Of a DNA stretch of 64,000 nt, positions 43,612 to 54,375 are shown in pieces (positions within the stretch are counted from its first letter, which is position 1; each line of letters begins with the position of its first letter). The DNA is from an uncultured Planctomycetota bacterium (GTDB taxonomy: Bacteria > Planctomycetota > Planctomycetia > Isosphaerales > Isosphaeraceae), in the NCBI GenBank assembly GCA_963823665.1, contig CAWGMQ010000010.1:1952001-2016000 (forward strand). The letters run 5' to 3'. Made by a program: the position numbers and the translations under genes. Under the pieces are notes generated by a model, which was not told the DNA's origin, made no database searches, and saw nothing but the letters and a program-made list of their open reading frames with translations.

Positions 43612-44349
43612 ATGGCGGACTCAATGGCTCCCAGGCCCTCCGATCGCTTCCCCACGACGCACTGGAGCCGGGTTGTCCAGGCCGGGAACCCGTCTTCGCC
43701 CGAGGTCCGAGCAGCGATCGAAGCGCTTTGCAGCGCCTACTGGTATCCGCTTTACGCGTTCATCCGGCGCCGTGGCCCTGATCCCGATGCTGCTGCGGAC
43801 CTCGCACAGGGCCTCTTCGCGCACCTTCTGGAGCGCGACGCGTTTGCCAGGGCCGACCCGCGCCGGGGCCGGTTCCGGACGTATCTGCTGGCCGTCTGCC
43901 GCAACTTCCTCAGCGACCAGGGTGAGCAACGCCAGGCCCAAAAGCGGGGACGCGGCTTGGCGATCGTGTCGATCGACCAATCGGCCGCCGAGGGGCGTTA
44001 TCGCGTCGAGCCAGCCGACACATTAACACCAGAGCGGCTTTTCGAGCGCGCCTGGGCACTGGCTTTACTGGAGCGAGTCCTCGGACAACTGAGGCATGAG
44101 TACACCGTCGCCGGAAAGGCGGCGCTCTTCGAGCGTTTGGAGCCGACGCTGGCCGCGGGAATTGACGCCGAACCGCTGGCGGCGATCGCTGCCGCGCTCG
44201 GCGCTACCGAGGGCGCCATTCAAGTGGCTGCTCACCGGCTTCGACGTCGGTACCGCGGGCTGTTCCGCGCGGAAATCGCTGCCACGATCAATGACCGAGC
44301 CGAAATCGACGATGAGATCCGCGCGCTGTTCAGCGCGCTTGCGACGTGA
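43612..44349 (+). CDS. ECF sigma factor (kinase-associated, FPTTHWS type)
   Basis: FPTTHWSRV, YWYPLYAFIRR, RGRFRTYLL, PERLFERAWA and AHRLRRRY; directly upstream of a kinase. Confidence 0.9.
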   Translation: MADSMAPRPSDRFPTTHWSRVVQAGNPSSPEVRAAIEALCSAYWYPLYAFIRRRGPDPDAAADLAQGLFAHLLERDAFARADPRRGRFRTYLLAVCRNFLSDQGEQRQAQKRGRGLAIVSIDQSAAEGRYRVEPADTLTPERLFERAWALALLERVLGQLRHEYTVAGKAALFERLEPTLAAGIDAEPLAAIAAALGATEGAIQVAAHRLRRRYRGLFRAEIAATINDRAEIDDEIRALFSALAT

Positions 44350-44459
44350 CTGGAAAAAAATCCGGCGCGTTTCTGTAAGCTGATCCCACATTTCACGTAA
44401 GTATGAGACAGTAGGCGAAACGACCGATCGCATCGATTGTCGACACGGAGAACTGTCCC

Positions 44460-47400
44460 ATGGGCGACCACCTGCGTCGCTGCCCGTCATGCGGTGAAGT
44501 TCTTCCCGCGAACGCTCCCGACGGGATTTGTCCCCGCTGTCTGCTCCGGAACGCCCTCGAGGGCGATGGCACCGAAACATTTTCGCACCCGATGAGTGTC
44601 TAGTCGGAGCCCGGCCGAGTTAGCAGTCTGGCGTCGTTGGCCGAGTCGATCGGGGGCGTTGCGAAGATCTTCTTGCGCGATCCTGAATCTGGCGATGGCC
44701 CGTCGCCTCTGGTCAAGCCGGCCTCACTTGAGATGCCTGCACCCGGCGACCGGCCGGGGCGGTTGCAACTGCTCGGGGAAATCGCCCGCGGCGGCATGGG
44801 AGCCGTGCTCAAGGGGCGAGATCCCGACCTCGGCCGCGACCTGGCCGTGAAGGTCTTGCTCGAATCCCACCGTGATCGGCCCGACCTGATTCGGCGTTTC
44901 ATCGAGGAAGCCCAGATCGGCGGCCAGTTACAGCATCCGGGCATCGTCCCGATTTACGAGCTAGGCGCCTTCGCCGACCGGCGCCCGTATTTCGCCATGA
45001 AGCTGGTCAAGGGCCGCACTCTGTCGGGCCTGCTAGTCGAGCGAGGGGACGGCGCGCACGATCTACCTCGATTTCTCTCGATCTTTGAGTCAGTCTGCCA
45101 GACGATCGCCTACGCGCATGCCCAGGGCGTGATTCACCGCGACTTGAAGCCTTCGAACATCATGGTCGGGTCGTTCGGTGAAGTGCAGGTGATGGACTGG
45201 GGCCTGGCGAAGGTCTTGCCGCAAGGCGGCGCGGCCGACGACGCCTCGGCCGGCAAGACGCGCGAACGTGACACCGTGATCGCCACGGCCCGCAGTGGCG
45301 GCGATTGCGATTCCGACCTCTCGAGGGACGGCAGCGTGATGGGCACGCCGTCGTACATGGCACCCGAACAGGCCCGCGGCGAAGTCGAGCGGCTCGATGA
45401 GCGCTGCGATGTCTTTGCCCTGGGCTCGATCCTTTGCGAAATCCTTACCGGCGACCCGGCCTTCGTCGGACGGTCTTCGGGAGAGATCCAGCGCAAGGCG
45501 TCACGCAGCGAATTGCAGGGTGCGGTTAATCGATTAGAGGCAAGCGGCTGCGACGGCGACCTGATCGCCCTGGCGAAGGACTGTCTTTGCGGCGAGCTCG
45601 AAGACCGCCCGCGCCACGCGGGCGAGGTGGCTGCGCGGATCAATGCGTACCGAACGGGCGTGGATGAGCGATTGCGATTGGCTGAAATTGCGCGCGCCGA
45701 GGAGACGGCGCGGGCGGAGGAGGCCAGTAAGCGCGCCCGCCTCGAGCGCGATCGGCTGCGCTTAACGATCACGCTCGCGGCGTCGATCTTGGCCGTGGTG
45801 GCGCTCGGTGGCTCCGGCGCGGCCTGGCCATTGCAGCAACGTCAGGCTCGTTTGTCTGGCGTTGAGGCGACCTTGGCCCGGATTCAGGCGATCCGGGACC
45901 AAGCAGCAGCCAGTGCTGCCGACCCGACCCGCTGGGGGGAAGTGCTGGCTGCCGCCGACGAAGCGCTGGGTTCGCTCGGCGATCTGGCGGCCTCCGAACC
46001 TGGCCGCCGGTTAGACGCACTTCGCAATACGATCGCGGAGGACCGGAAGCAGGCAGAGCGTGACCAGAAACTGGTCGACCGGCTGAACAGCATCCGCTCA
46101 TCAGCCGCGAAGGTTTTTGGGGGGAGCTGACCGTGAGGGCGTGGATCGGCGCTTTCGATTCGCTTTCAAACGCTACGAGCTGGATTTGGAGACAACCCAA
46201 TTAAAGGATGCGATCACTCGGCTCGGTTCGCGGCCCGAAGTGTTCGTGCGCGACGTGGTCGCTGGCCTTGAGCACTGGCTATTAGTGCGAGAAATGAACG
46301 GACAACCCGACCAAGTGCAAAGAATCGTCGATTTGCTGAGAGGTCTGGATCCCGAGCCGGCGCGCAACCGGTTGCGCGCCTGTTGGCGCAATCGGACCTG
46401 ACATCGCACCGTCAAGCTCTGATCAAGATGGCAAACGAAGCGGGCCTGGTCGAATATGGCCCCTCGACGGCCCTGCTGCTCGCGAGTTCGTTGGATCGCG
46501 CCGGGGAAGGGAACAATGCGATCGCCATCCTGCGAACTGCCGTTGCGCGATATCCCGGCGACGTCTGGACCAACCTCGAACTGGCAAAGCTGCTCAGAAA
46601 CGCGAAGCCGCCGCACCGCGAGGACGCCATTCGTTACTACACGGCCGCACGCGCCCTCCGGCCGGAAACCGGGTTCGAGCTCGCCGAGGTGCTGAACGAA
46701 CAAGGCCGAAGCGATGACGCCGAGACGATCTACCAGGAACTGGTCCGTCGCAATCCCGAGAGTTTCCTGGTTCAGTTCCGGCTCCTGAAAGTGCTTCAGA
46801 AAGTCGGAAAGTCGGACGAGGCACGCTCGATGGCGGAGCGCATCACTGCCCATTTTCGCGATAAACTGCGGCGCCAGTCGAACAGCCCCCTCGCGCACGA
46901 GAGGTTTATCGAGTCGTTATGGGTGACCGGCAACTGCGCCGAAGCAGTTGCGGCAATGCGTGACGCGACCTCGTATTTTGAGAGAGAATGCGGTTTCTAT
47001 CACACGCTTGGGCACATGCTGCTGGCTCTTGACGACTACCAGGGTGCCATTGCTGCGTACCGTGATGCAATCCGAATCGATCCCTCGAACGTGGATTGCC
47101 ACCTGGTTCTCGCGTGGGCGCTCGGACGTGTTGGCGATCGGAAAGCCGAGATCCTGGAGTTGTTTACCATCCGATCTGCCTTGCGACAACAGGCGGAGGC
47201 CGCTCCGATCCAGTCTGGGTCGCGAGTTCGATATAGTTGGCTAAGGGGTGTCTCGCCTGACTTTTCTTTGGGCCAGGACCCCAGGGTCCCGCGGAATCAG
47301 ACACTCATCGTCAAGGACCAGATGGGACCCGTTGACGATTTTGTTGATTATGGGCAAATGGATGCATATCGTGCTGGGGTTAATTCGGGACTCAGCCTGT

Positions 47401-48488
47401 TTAAGGATGAGGAAAGGGAGCCTCTTGATTACATACCGCTGGAATTGCTCAATGAGATGTATCTTGAGGCATATTTTCTCGGGTCGTTTTGGTTCGTGGT
47501 TCCTCACCTGGCCCTCGAGCAGGGCCACCTTGCCCTTGGAGCAGTACTGGCGGAATCCGGCGATCTGCCCGGCGCGATTTCCGCGTACAGCGAGGCAATC
47601 CGCCTCGGCGAGGGTGATACCAAAGCAAAAGCGACCGCTCACGACTCTCTGGGCAGCGCCCGCTGGCTAACAGGCGCACGATCAGCAGCCATCGATGCCT
47701 TCCGCGGGTCGATCCATGTCAATCCCGATGAGCCTAACGAAGGCCCCTACAACCTCAGCGTTGCGCTGGCCGAATCGGGAGACGTATCCGGAGCGATCGC
47801 TGCACTCCACGAGGCCGTTCAGCGGCAGCAACCACGCCAAGCAGGGTCGTTTCGTCTGCTGCGTGCGATCGTAATGTCACCGCTTCCCAAAGATGCCGTC
47901 GAGGCGCTGAAACGCGTGCGCGACGAGGCGCGCGACGACGGCACCGTTCGCAAGGCGATCGAGGTCTCCCTCAGCCAGTTCGAGCGACTTTCGAAGCTGG
48001 GTGTCCCGATTCCGAGGACGTTTCGTCTCTCGCCTCAAGGCAACAATTATCCCGACCACTGCTACAGTTTGCGCTTGTTCGCAGCCTCGGCAGCGATCTG
48101 GGCAGCCGGCTTCGCCGCAGACCCGACACTTGCGCAGGACATGCAGGCCCAAAACCGCTACCTCGCCGCGAGTGCCGCCGCCTTGGCTGCCGCCGGCAAA
48201 GGGATCGATCAGCCGCCACTCGACGAACTGGCCAGGTCTCGCTGGCGAAAGCAAGCGCTCGACTGGCTCAACGCCGACCTCGCGTACTGGGCAAAGCAAG
48301 CCGAGACTGGCGTGCCGCAGTCCACGGCTCTCGTGCAGAAGACTCTCGAGAACTGGAGGGTTGACAGAGATTTCGCGAGTGTCCGCGATGAGTCCCACCT
48401 GAAGCGACTTCCTCAAGATGAACAGAAGGCCTGGCAAGCATTTTGGTCCCGCGTCTCCGCGCTTCTCAAAAGCGCGAGTCAATACTGA
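44460..48488 (+). CDS. Zinc-ribbon plus Ser/Thr kinase plus TM plus TPR protein (in-frame TAG at 44601; apparent frameshifts near 46120 and 46385)
   Basis: MGDHLRRCPSCG...CPRCLL is in frame with ORF 44637 (ARGGMG, HRDLKPSN, DWG, YMAPE). TPR repeats and the RYLAASAAALAA...WRKQALDWL...AWQAFW tail lie in ORF 46383. Confidence 0.8.
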
Positions 48489-48530
48489 GCCGGGCAAACC
48501 GAGCTCCGCCCCCAGAAGCAAAGCTCCCGC

Positions 48531-48917
48531 TTACGGTTCCCAGGTCAACATTTCTTCTTGGCCGCCGGGCTGGAACAGTCGAATACCCACGTGGCTGACT
48601 CGCATCACTCGGCCGAGTCGTTTGGCCTGCGTGTCGAAGGACGGATGTCGTAAGAAGCGACGGACAAAGCTGGCCGCCTCGTCCGGCACGACCGCAAGAC
48701 AGACTATGCCGTACCTGGCGTGAGAGAGTTTCGCGTCCAAAAAACCCAGGTCGCGCGTAAAGAAAGTTGGTCGGCGCAGCCTGAGAAGCAACGGGATGAT
48801 TTGCTCATCCTTGATTCAGGCTCGGCCAACGTCTCGACCGACTTGATGCGCCCGGATTCGCCAGCTTCTCAAGAGCAGGCGTTGATCTTCGGGAATGTTC
48901 TCATCAAGTACGATCAT
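48531..48917 (-). pseudogene. DUF5615-like PIN-domain toxin with an internal TGA
   Basis: Hand translation gives MIVLDENIPEDQRLLLRSWRIRAHQVGRDVGRA*IKDEQIIPLLLRLRRPTFFTRDLGF...; stop at 48816-48818. Confidence 0.7.
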
Positions 48918-49165
48918 CAGCGGGCAGTGTCAGTGACCAGTTCGTCCGCGTGGTTGATCAACGCCTCGCGAGCCAGGCGAACCGCCTCGGCGATCGCGTC
49001 CCTGGAGATCGACCCATGCCACCGCTCGGTAATGGCCTCCCAGGCCATCCCGCGCACAACGTCATCCAAGACGTCACTGACAAAAACTCGAGTTCCGCGG
49101 AACGTGGGCCGACCGTGACACACCGCGGGATCGGAGACGACAAACCGCCCCAAAAACTTGCTCAT
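48917..49165 (-). CDS. DUF433-family antitoxin
   Basis: VVSDPAVCHGRPTFRGTRVFV...ISRDAIAEA; TGATG overlap with the PIN gene. Confidence 0.9.
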   Translation of the reverse strand: MSKFLGRFVVSDPAVCHGRPTFRGTRVFVSDVLDDVVRGMAWEAITERWHGSISRDAIAEAVRLAREALINHADELVTDTAR

Positions 49166-49240
49166 TGCGGCTCCCGGCTGAGTCTGCGTGCTCTCTCACC
49201 GTGACGATACCCATCTTACGCACTCCGTTGCGAGAACAAC

Positions 49241-49263
49241 CACGTCAACTTCTGTTTGACGTG
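49241..49263. promoter_or_regulatory. Perfect inverted repeat, possible operator of the DUF433 TA operon
   Basis: CACGTCAA-N7-TTGACGTG about 75 bp upstream of the start at 49165. Confidence 0.4.
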
Positions 49264-49389
49264 CAGACCATGAAGCCATGGACGCTGCGCGGCACACAAG
49301 CGAACAACATCGGTCGAGTGTCGGCCGCTCCTCTCTTACCTCAGCGGCCCCGACAGATCACTCAGGATGCCGGGCCTGCGATGAGCGCC

Positions 49390-49440
49390 GGAGACCTTCG
49401 GTCGCAACCAGGGCGGGGTCAGAGACCCTCGCCGAACATC
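49390..49440. repeat. REP-like intergenic element
   Basis: ggagaccttcggtcg...ggggtcagagaccc, short GACC/GGTC hairpins. It resembles dispersed repeats I recall from planctomycete genomes; only one copy is in this window. Confidence 0.35.
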
Positions 49441-49891
49441 GCGCCGAAAGGTTCCGTAGGTACTTGCCCCAAATGTGCTTATGGCATGAATTCTGGTGGT
49501 TGGCCAGAAAAGTGCCATCGGACTTACCGCGAAATCCTGTCGAAATTAGCCGAAGGTTTCTCGAATGCCGATACTTGGGCTAGGACCCCGGTAAGGGATT
49601 CTGGTAGAAAGCCCACATAGCCGATGGAGGCTGCGGAAAGGCCCGGAGAAATGGCTGCGCCGGATCTGGCGAGCCTGGCATCCACCTTTTGTCAGAAATC
49701 TGACTGGCACTGACAGCCGGTCCACGAAAACCGCCAGAGGGCAAGTCTGTTGTCCACATCAAGGGTTAAGAGATTAACCCTGTGTGAATTTTTTCGCGAA
49801 TCTTTCCGACGTCCGGTGTCAGAAAACAGAGAGCACTCGAGCTCCCTTGGCAAGGTTTCGACCTTCGCTGCCCTTACGCAGGAGTGTGCCC

Positions 49892-52800
49892 GTGTCGTTC
49901 ACCATTTCGGTTGAGAACACCAGGCAGACCGTGCGCAGCGCGCGGTGGAACCGATTGCACTCGCCCGATCGGGCCATCCGTTCGAGACGGCTATCGTGGG
50001 AAGCGATCGAGGATCGCATCCTGCTGGCCGGGTTAACCGCGTTTGTCGATCCCGACCCTGCGCCGGGCAATCAATTTGGCGCGGCGGTGGTCGTGCTCAG
50101 CACGGGCAACGTGGTCGTCACAGCGCCGGACGACAACGCGGGTGGCACGGGTGCGGGGGCCGTTTATCTGTTCAATGGCACGACCGGCGCGCTGATCAGC
50201 ACTCTCATCGGTTCGCACGCCGGCGACAACATCGGCAGCGGCGGCGTGACGGCCCTCGCCGACGGCAACTACGTTGTGGAGAGCCCCAACTGGACCAACG
50301 GTGCGGCCGCCGATCTTGGCGCGGTCACGTGGGGCAGCGGCACGGCCGGCGCGAGCGGTCCCGTCAGTGCCACGAACAGCCTGGTCGGCAGTACGGCGAA
50401 TGACTCTGTCGGCTCCAGCGGCGTGGCGGCCCTGCCCGACGGCAACTACGTGGTGGACAGCCCCACCTGGAGCAACGGCGCGGCCGCCAATGCCGGAGCG
50501 GTCACGTGGGGCAGCGGCACGGCCGGCGTCAGCGGCCCCGTCAGTGCCACGAACAGTCTGGTCGGGAGTACGGCGGGTGACTCTGTCGGCGGCAACGGCG
50601 TGACGGCCCTGAGCAACGGCAACTACGTCGTAGACAGCCCCACCTGGACCAACGGCGCGGCCGCCTCTGCGGGCGCGGTCACGTGGGGCAGCGGCACGGC
50701 CGGCATCAGCGGTCCCATCAGCGCCACGAACAGCCTGGTCGGCAGTACGGCAAACGATCAGGTCGGCGGCGACGGCGGCAGCGGCGACAGCGGTGACGGC
50801 GTGACGGCCCTGAGCAACGGCAACTACGTGGTGAACAGCCCCGACTGGACCGACGCCGCGGCCGCCGTTGTGGGCGCGGTCACGTGGGGCAGCGGCACGG
50901 CCGGCGTCAGCGGTCCCGTCAGCGCCACGAACAGCCTGGTCGGCAGTACGGATGGTGACTCTGTCGGCTTCGGCGTGACGGCCCTGAGCAACGGCAACTA
51001 TGTGGTAAGCAGCCCCTTCTGGACCAACGGCGCGGCCGCCTCTGCCGGCGCGGTCACGTGGGGCAGCGGTACGGCCGGCGTCAGCGGCGCCGTCAGTGCC
51101 GAGAACAGCCTGGTCGGCAGTACGGCGAATGACGATGTCGGCGGCGGTGCCGGCGACGGTGTGACGGCCCTGACCAACGGCAACTACGTGGTGACCAGCC
51201 CCGGCTGGACCAACGGCGCGGCCGCCTCTGCGGGCGCGGTCACGTGGGGCAGCGGCACGGCCGGCGTCAGCGGTCCCGTCAGTGCCACGAATAGCCTGGT
51301 TGGCAGTACGGCGAATGACTCTGTCGGCACCAGCGTGATGCCCCTGAGCAACGGCAGCTACGTGGTGAGCAGCCTCTACTGGAACAACGCCGCAGGCGCG
51401 GCCACGTGGGGCAGCGGCACGGCCGGCGTCAGCGGTCCCGTCAGTGTCACGAACAGCCTGGTCGGCAGTTCGGCGAATGACTCTGTCGGCAACGGCGGCG
51501 TGACCCCCCTGAGCAACGGCAACTACGTGGTGGACAGCCCCACCTGGACCAACGGCGCGGCCGCCAATGCCGGCGCGGTCACGTGGGGCAGCGGCACGGC
51601 CGGCGTCAGCGGTCCCGTCAGCGCCACGAACAGCCTGGTCGGCAGTACGGCGAATGACTCCGTCGGCTTCGACATCGGCTTCGTAACGGCCCTGAGCAAC
51701 GGCAACTACGTGGTGGACAGCCCCGGCTGGACCAACGGCGCGGCCGCCTCTGTGGGCGCGGTCACGTGGGGCAGCGGCACGGCCGGCGTCAGCGGTCCCG
51801 TCAGTGCCACGAACAGTCTGGTCGGCACTACGGCGAATGACCAGGTTGGCTTCGGCGGCGTGACGCCCCTGAGCAACGGCAACTACGTGGTGACCAGCCC
51901 TGACTGGAACAACGGCCCGGCCGGCGAAGCGGGCGCGGTCACGTGGGGCAGCGGCACGGCCGGCGTCAGCGGCCCCGTCAGTGCCACGAACAGCCTGGTC
52001 GACAGTACGGCGAATGACGATGTCGGCAACAGCGTGATCGCCCTGAGCAATGGCAACTACGTGGTGGACAGCTCCACCTGGGCCAACGGCACGGCTGCCG
52101 ATGCAGGCGCGGTCACGTGGGGCAGCGGCACGGCCGGCATCAGCGGTCCCATCAGCGCCACGAACAGCCTGGTCGGCAGTACGGCGAATGAATATGTCGG
52201 CGGTACGGCGAATGACAATATCGGCAGCGGCAACGCCGCCGTCAACTACGGCGGCGTGACGGCCTTGAGCAACGGCAACTACGTGGTGAGCAGCCCCAAC
52301 TGGAACAACGGCGCGTGGCGCGGTCACGTGGGGCAGCGGCACGGCCGGCGTCAGCGGCACCATTTCCACCACGAATAGCGCCATCGGGTCGGTCGCCAAC
52401 AGCGGGCTGGGAACGCTCGTATTGGACAATGTGGACGGCACATTCTTCGCCCCGTTCGTGACCGATGGGGGCGGCCAGGTGAGCGTCGGGTCGCAGGGCA
52501 CGGGCATTGCGGCCGCCCCTACGCCTACGCCGACGCCGACCCCGAAGCCGACGCCGAAGCCGACCCCGACACTTCCGCAAGTGCTTGCAATAGCCGGGGT
52601 GTCCTCCAAGAAAGGCCTGACCTCGTTCACCGTCAGCTACAACGAGCCACTGAGCTCGAGCGCGGCGAGCAGTTCTGGCCTGTACCAGGTCTTCGCGGTC
52701 GTGACGAAGATCGTGAAGAAGCATAAGGAGCCGCTCTTCACCAAAACGCTGGCGATCCGGAGCGTCAGTCTCAATAGTACCAGCAGCACGGTGACGATCA

Positions 52801-52928
52801 ACCTGGCCAAGCCATTCAAGGGCCGGGTCCAGGTGCTGGTCCAGGGAAACATCACCGCCGGCAACGGAGCCGCGAACAGCGTTCATTTCACGCAGGATCT
52901 TCGATCGAGCATGCGTCGCGATCATTGA
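49892..52928 (+). CDS. Secreted DUF5650-like tandem-repeat protein with PT linker and C-terminal beta domain (apparent frameshift near 52315)
   Basis: EAIEDRILLA motif; 12 copies of VTALSNGNYVV.SP.W.NG...GAVTWGSGTAGVSGPVSATNSLVGS; C-terminus in ORF 52422..52928. Confidence 0.85.
50240..52390 (+). repeat. Coding tandem repeat, 12 units of about 160-210 bp
   Basis: Recurring cacgtggggcagcgg(c/t)acggccggc and caacggcaactacgtggtg blocks. Confidence 0.95.
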
Positions 52929-54375
52929 CGGGAGAGGAAACTGGGACGCAGCTAGTATTGCGACGGAGAGGAGAAGTGACAGCTTGAACGCGGCGAGCGA
53001 CCGCGGCGATGATCGCCTCCTCGACTTCCGGCGACCAGCTTGCCGGCAACCCGTAGTAGAGCATGGCCCCTCCGCCTTCGTATCCTCCTTCGTCGAGGAC
53101 GCGTTTTGACGGGATGTAAGCCATCACGTCGTTGCAATACGCGGAAACCCAGGTCGATGAGGAACCCAGGTTGCGTTTGATTCTGAGCGTGTAGTCCACG
53201 ACCACCTCGCCTCCCAGGAATATCCAGGTCAGATCGCCCAACCGCCAGGCCTGGACCGGGTAGGGATAGGTTTTTTCCAGCGACCCGCGCCGATTGATCG
53301 TCTCGAGCAAGAGCCGCGCACGGCTGGCGGTGTAGAAGTTCGAGGATTTCGTGTCACGCTCAATATCATCGCGGGAGGGCAGGGGACCGAACGCGAGTGG
53401 AAGCTCCTCGTAGGTGGTGCTCAAACCCCCCGTCACGCTCCGCAGCGGCCCGGCCAGCACCGCGTTTGTGCTTGCGGCAAGCTGCTTCCCGTACCGGGCC
53501 GCCAGCTCCAGCGACCGTCTCGGAATCGGGTTCTGATCGCCGCCGCAGCCCGCGACGAACATCGCCTGGGCTCCGTGATGAGCCGACTCAAGTTCCAATT
53601 GCGCGAATCCCGCGTAGTCTCCACAGAACTCATAACCGTCGAGCACCGTGCAATGACACGCATATCCGAAAACGGCGGCTAGCAGGCTTCCGTCAACCCG
53701 ATCCACGCGCAGCACCGGCACATCGTGATCGACAGGTCCCCGCAGCTCCAGCCGATCGCGCAGCGCGGGAACCTCGGCTTCCTTGTTGGTTCGCCGATTG
53801 ACCGCGAAATCCGAGCGGCCGTTGCCATAGCACAGCCGCGCCTCCGCCAGGCGGCTGCTCGCCTGCTCGCTGATTCGCACGAGCGTTTCTTCGAGCGATG
53901 CGGCGAATTGCTTTACCAGCTCGATCCCCCGTGGATCGAGCTGGTACATGGACATCAGGTTATTGCCGACGACGGGGCCCGAATGCGTGTGCGAGCAGGC
54001 GATCACGATCTTGTCGCGCTCGAGCCCAAGACGCTTTTCGATGGAGTCTCGAACGCGATTCGAGAGATCGCGGCCGATCCCGCAAACGTCTAGCGTGATC
54101 AGAACCACACGATGTCCGTTCGGGTCCTCGAGTGCGAGTGCCTTGGCCCAGAGGTCGTGCACCACCCCTTGCGACGGCTTGTTCCGCGCAGCGTAGCCCG
54201 ACATCCACATGGGCGACTTGGGTGTGATGACGGCCCGCGCGGTTCCGGCCTTCCACGAGGGCTCGGCCGCATCGGCGGCGGTTGAGTCGGGCTGCAGAGT
54301 CGCGCCCGCCGCTGTCATTGCGAGCGCCGTGATCCATATCCGGCGGAATCGCCCGATGGATAATCGCCAGCTCAA
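52888..54375 (-). CDS. Neutral/alkaline ceramidase N-terminal-domain family secreted protein
   Basis: GGAG plus TTG start at 54375, signal peptide, WKAGTARAVITP, MSGYAAR, SHTHSGP, GYACHCT, GGDQNP and EGGYEG. Confidence 0.85.
   Translation of the reverse strand: MSWRLSIGRFRRIWITALAMTAAGATLQPDSTAADAAEPSWKAGTARAVITPKSPMWMSGYAARNKPSQGVVHDLWAKALALEDPNGHRVVLITLDVCGIGRDLSNRVRDSIEKRLGLERDKIVIACSHTHSGPVVGNNLMSMYQLDPRGIELVKQFAASLEETLVRISEQASSRLAEARLCYGNGRSDFAVNRRTNKEAEVPALRDRLELRGPVDHDVPVLRVDRVDGSLLAAVFGYACHCTVLDGYEFCGDYAGFAQLELESAHHGAQAMFVAGCGGDQNPIPRRSLELAARYGKQLAASTNAVLAGPLRSVTGGLSTTYEELPLAFGPLPSRDDIERDTKSSNFYTASRARLLLETINRRGSLEKTYPYPVQAWRLGDLTWIFLGGEVVVDYTLRIKRNLGSSSTWVSAYCNDVMAYIPSKRVLDEGGYEGGGAMLYYGLPASWSPEVEEAIIAAVARRVQAVTSPLRRNTSCVPVSSPVNDRDACSIEDPA

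Noticed and set aside
46112..46125. TTTTTGGGGGG tract at a frameshift as a phase-variation switch
   Set aside because: It cannot be distinguished from the homopolymer indel errors seen across the window without read data.
44601..48818. In-frame TAG and TGA as pyrrolysine or selenocysteine recoding, or an alternative genetic code
   Set aside because: TAG and TGA terminate ordinary genes throughout the window, and the positions are not catalytic sites.
50240..52390. Regular repeats resembling a CRISPR array
   Set aside because: The units are about 160-210 bp, in frame and encode protein repeats; there are no unique spacers and no cas genes.
50033..52630. 865-aa antisense ORF and similar long shadow ORFs (23359, 25378, 34266, 36472, 37955)
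   Set aside because: These are opposite-strand or off-frame shadows of real GC-rich genes, with no recognisable motifs.
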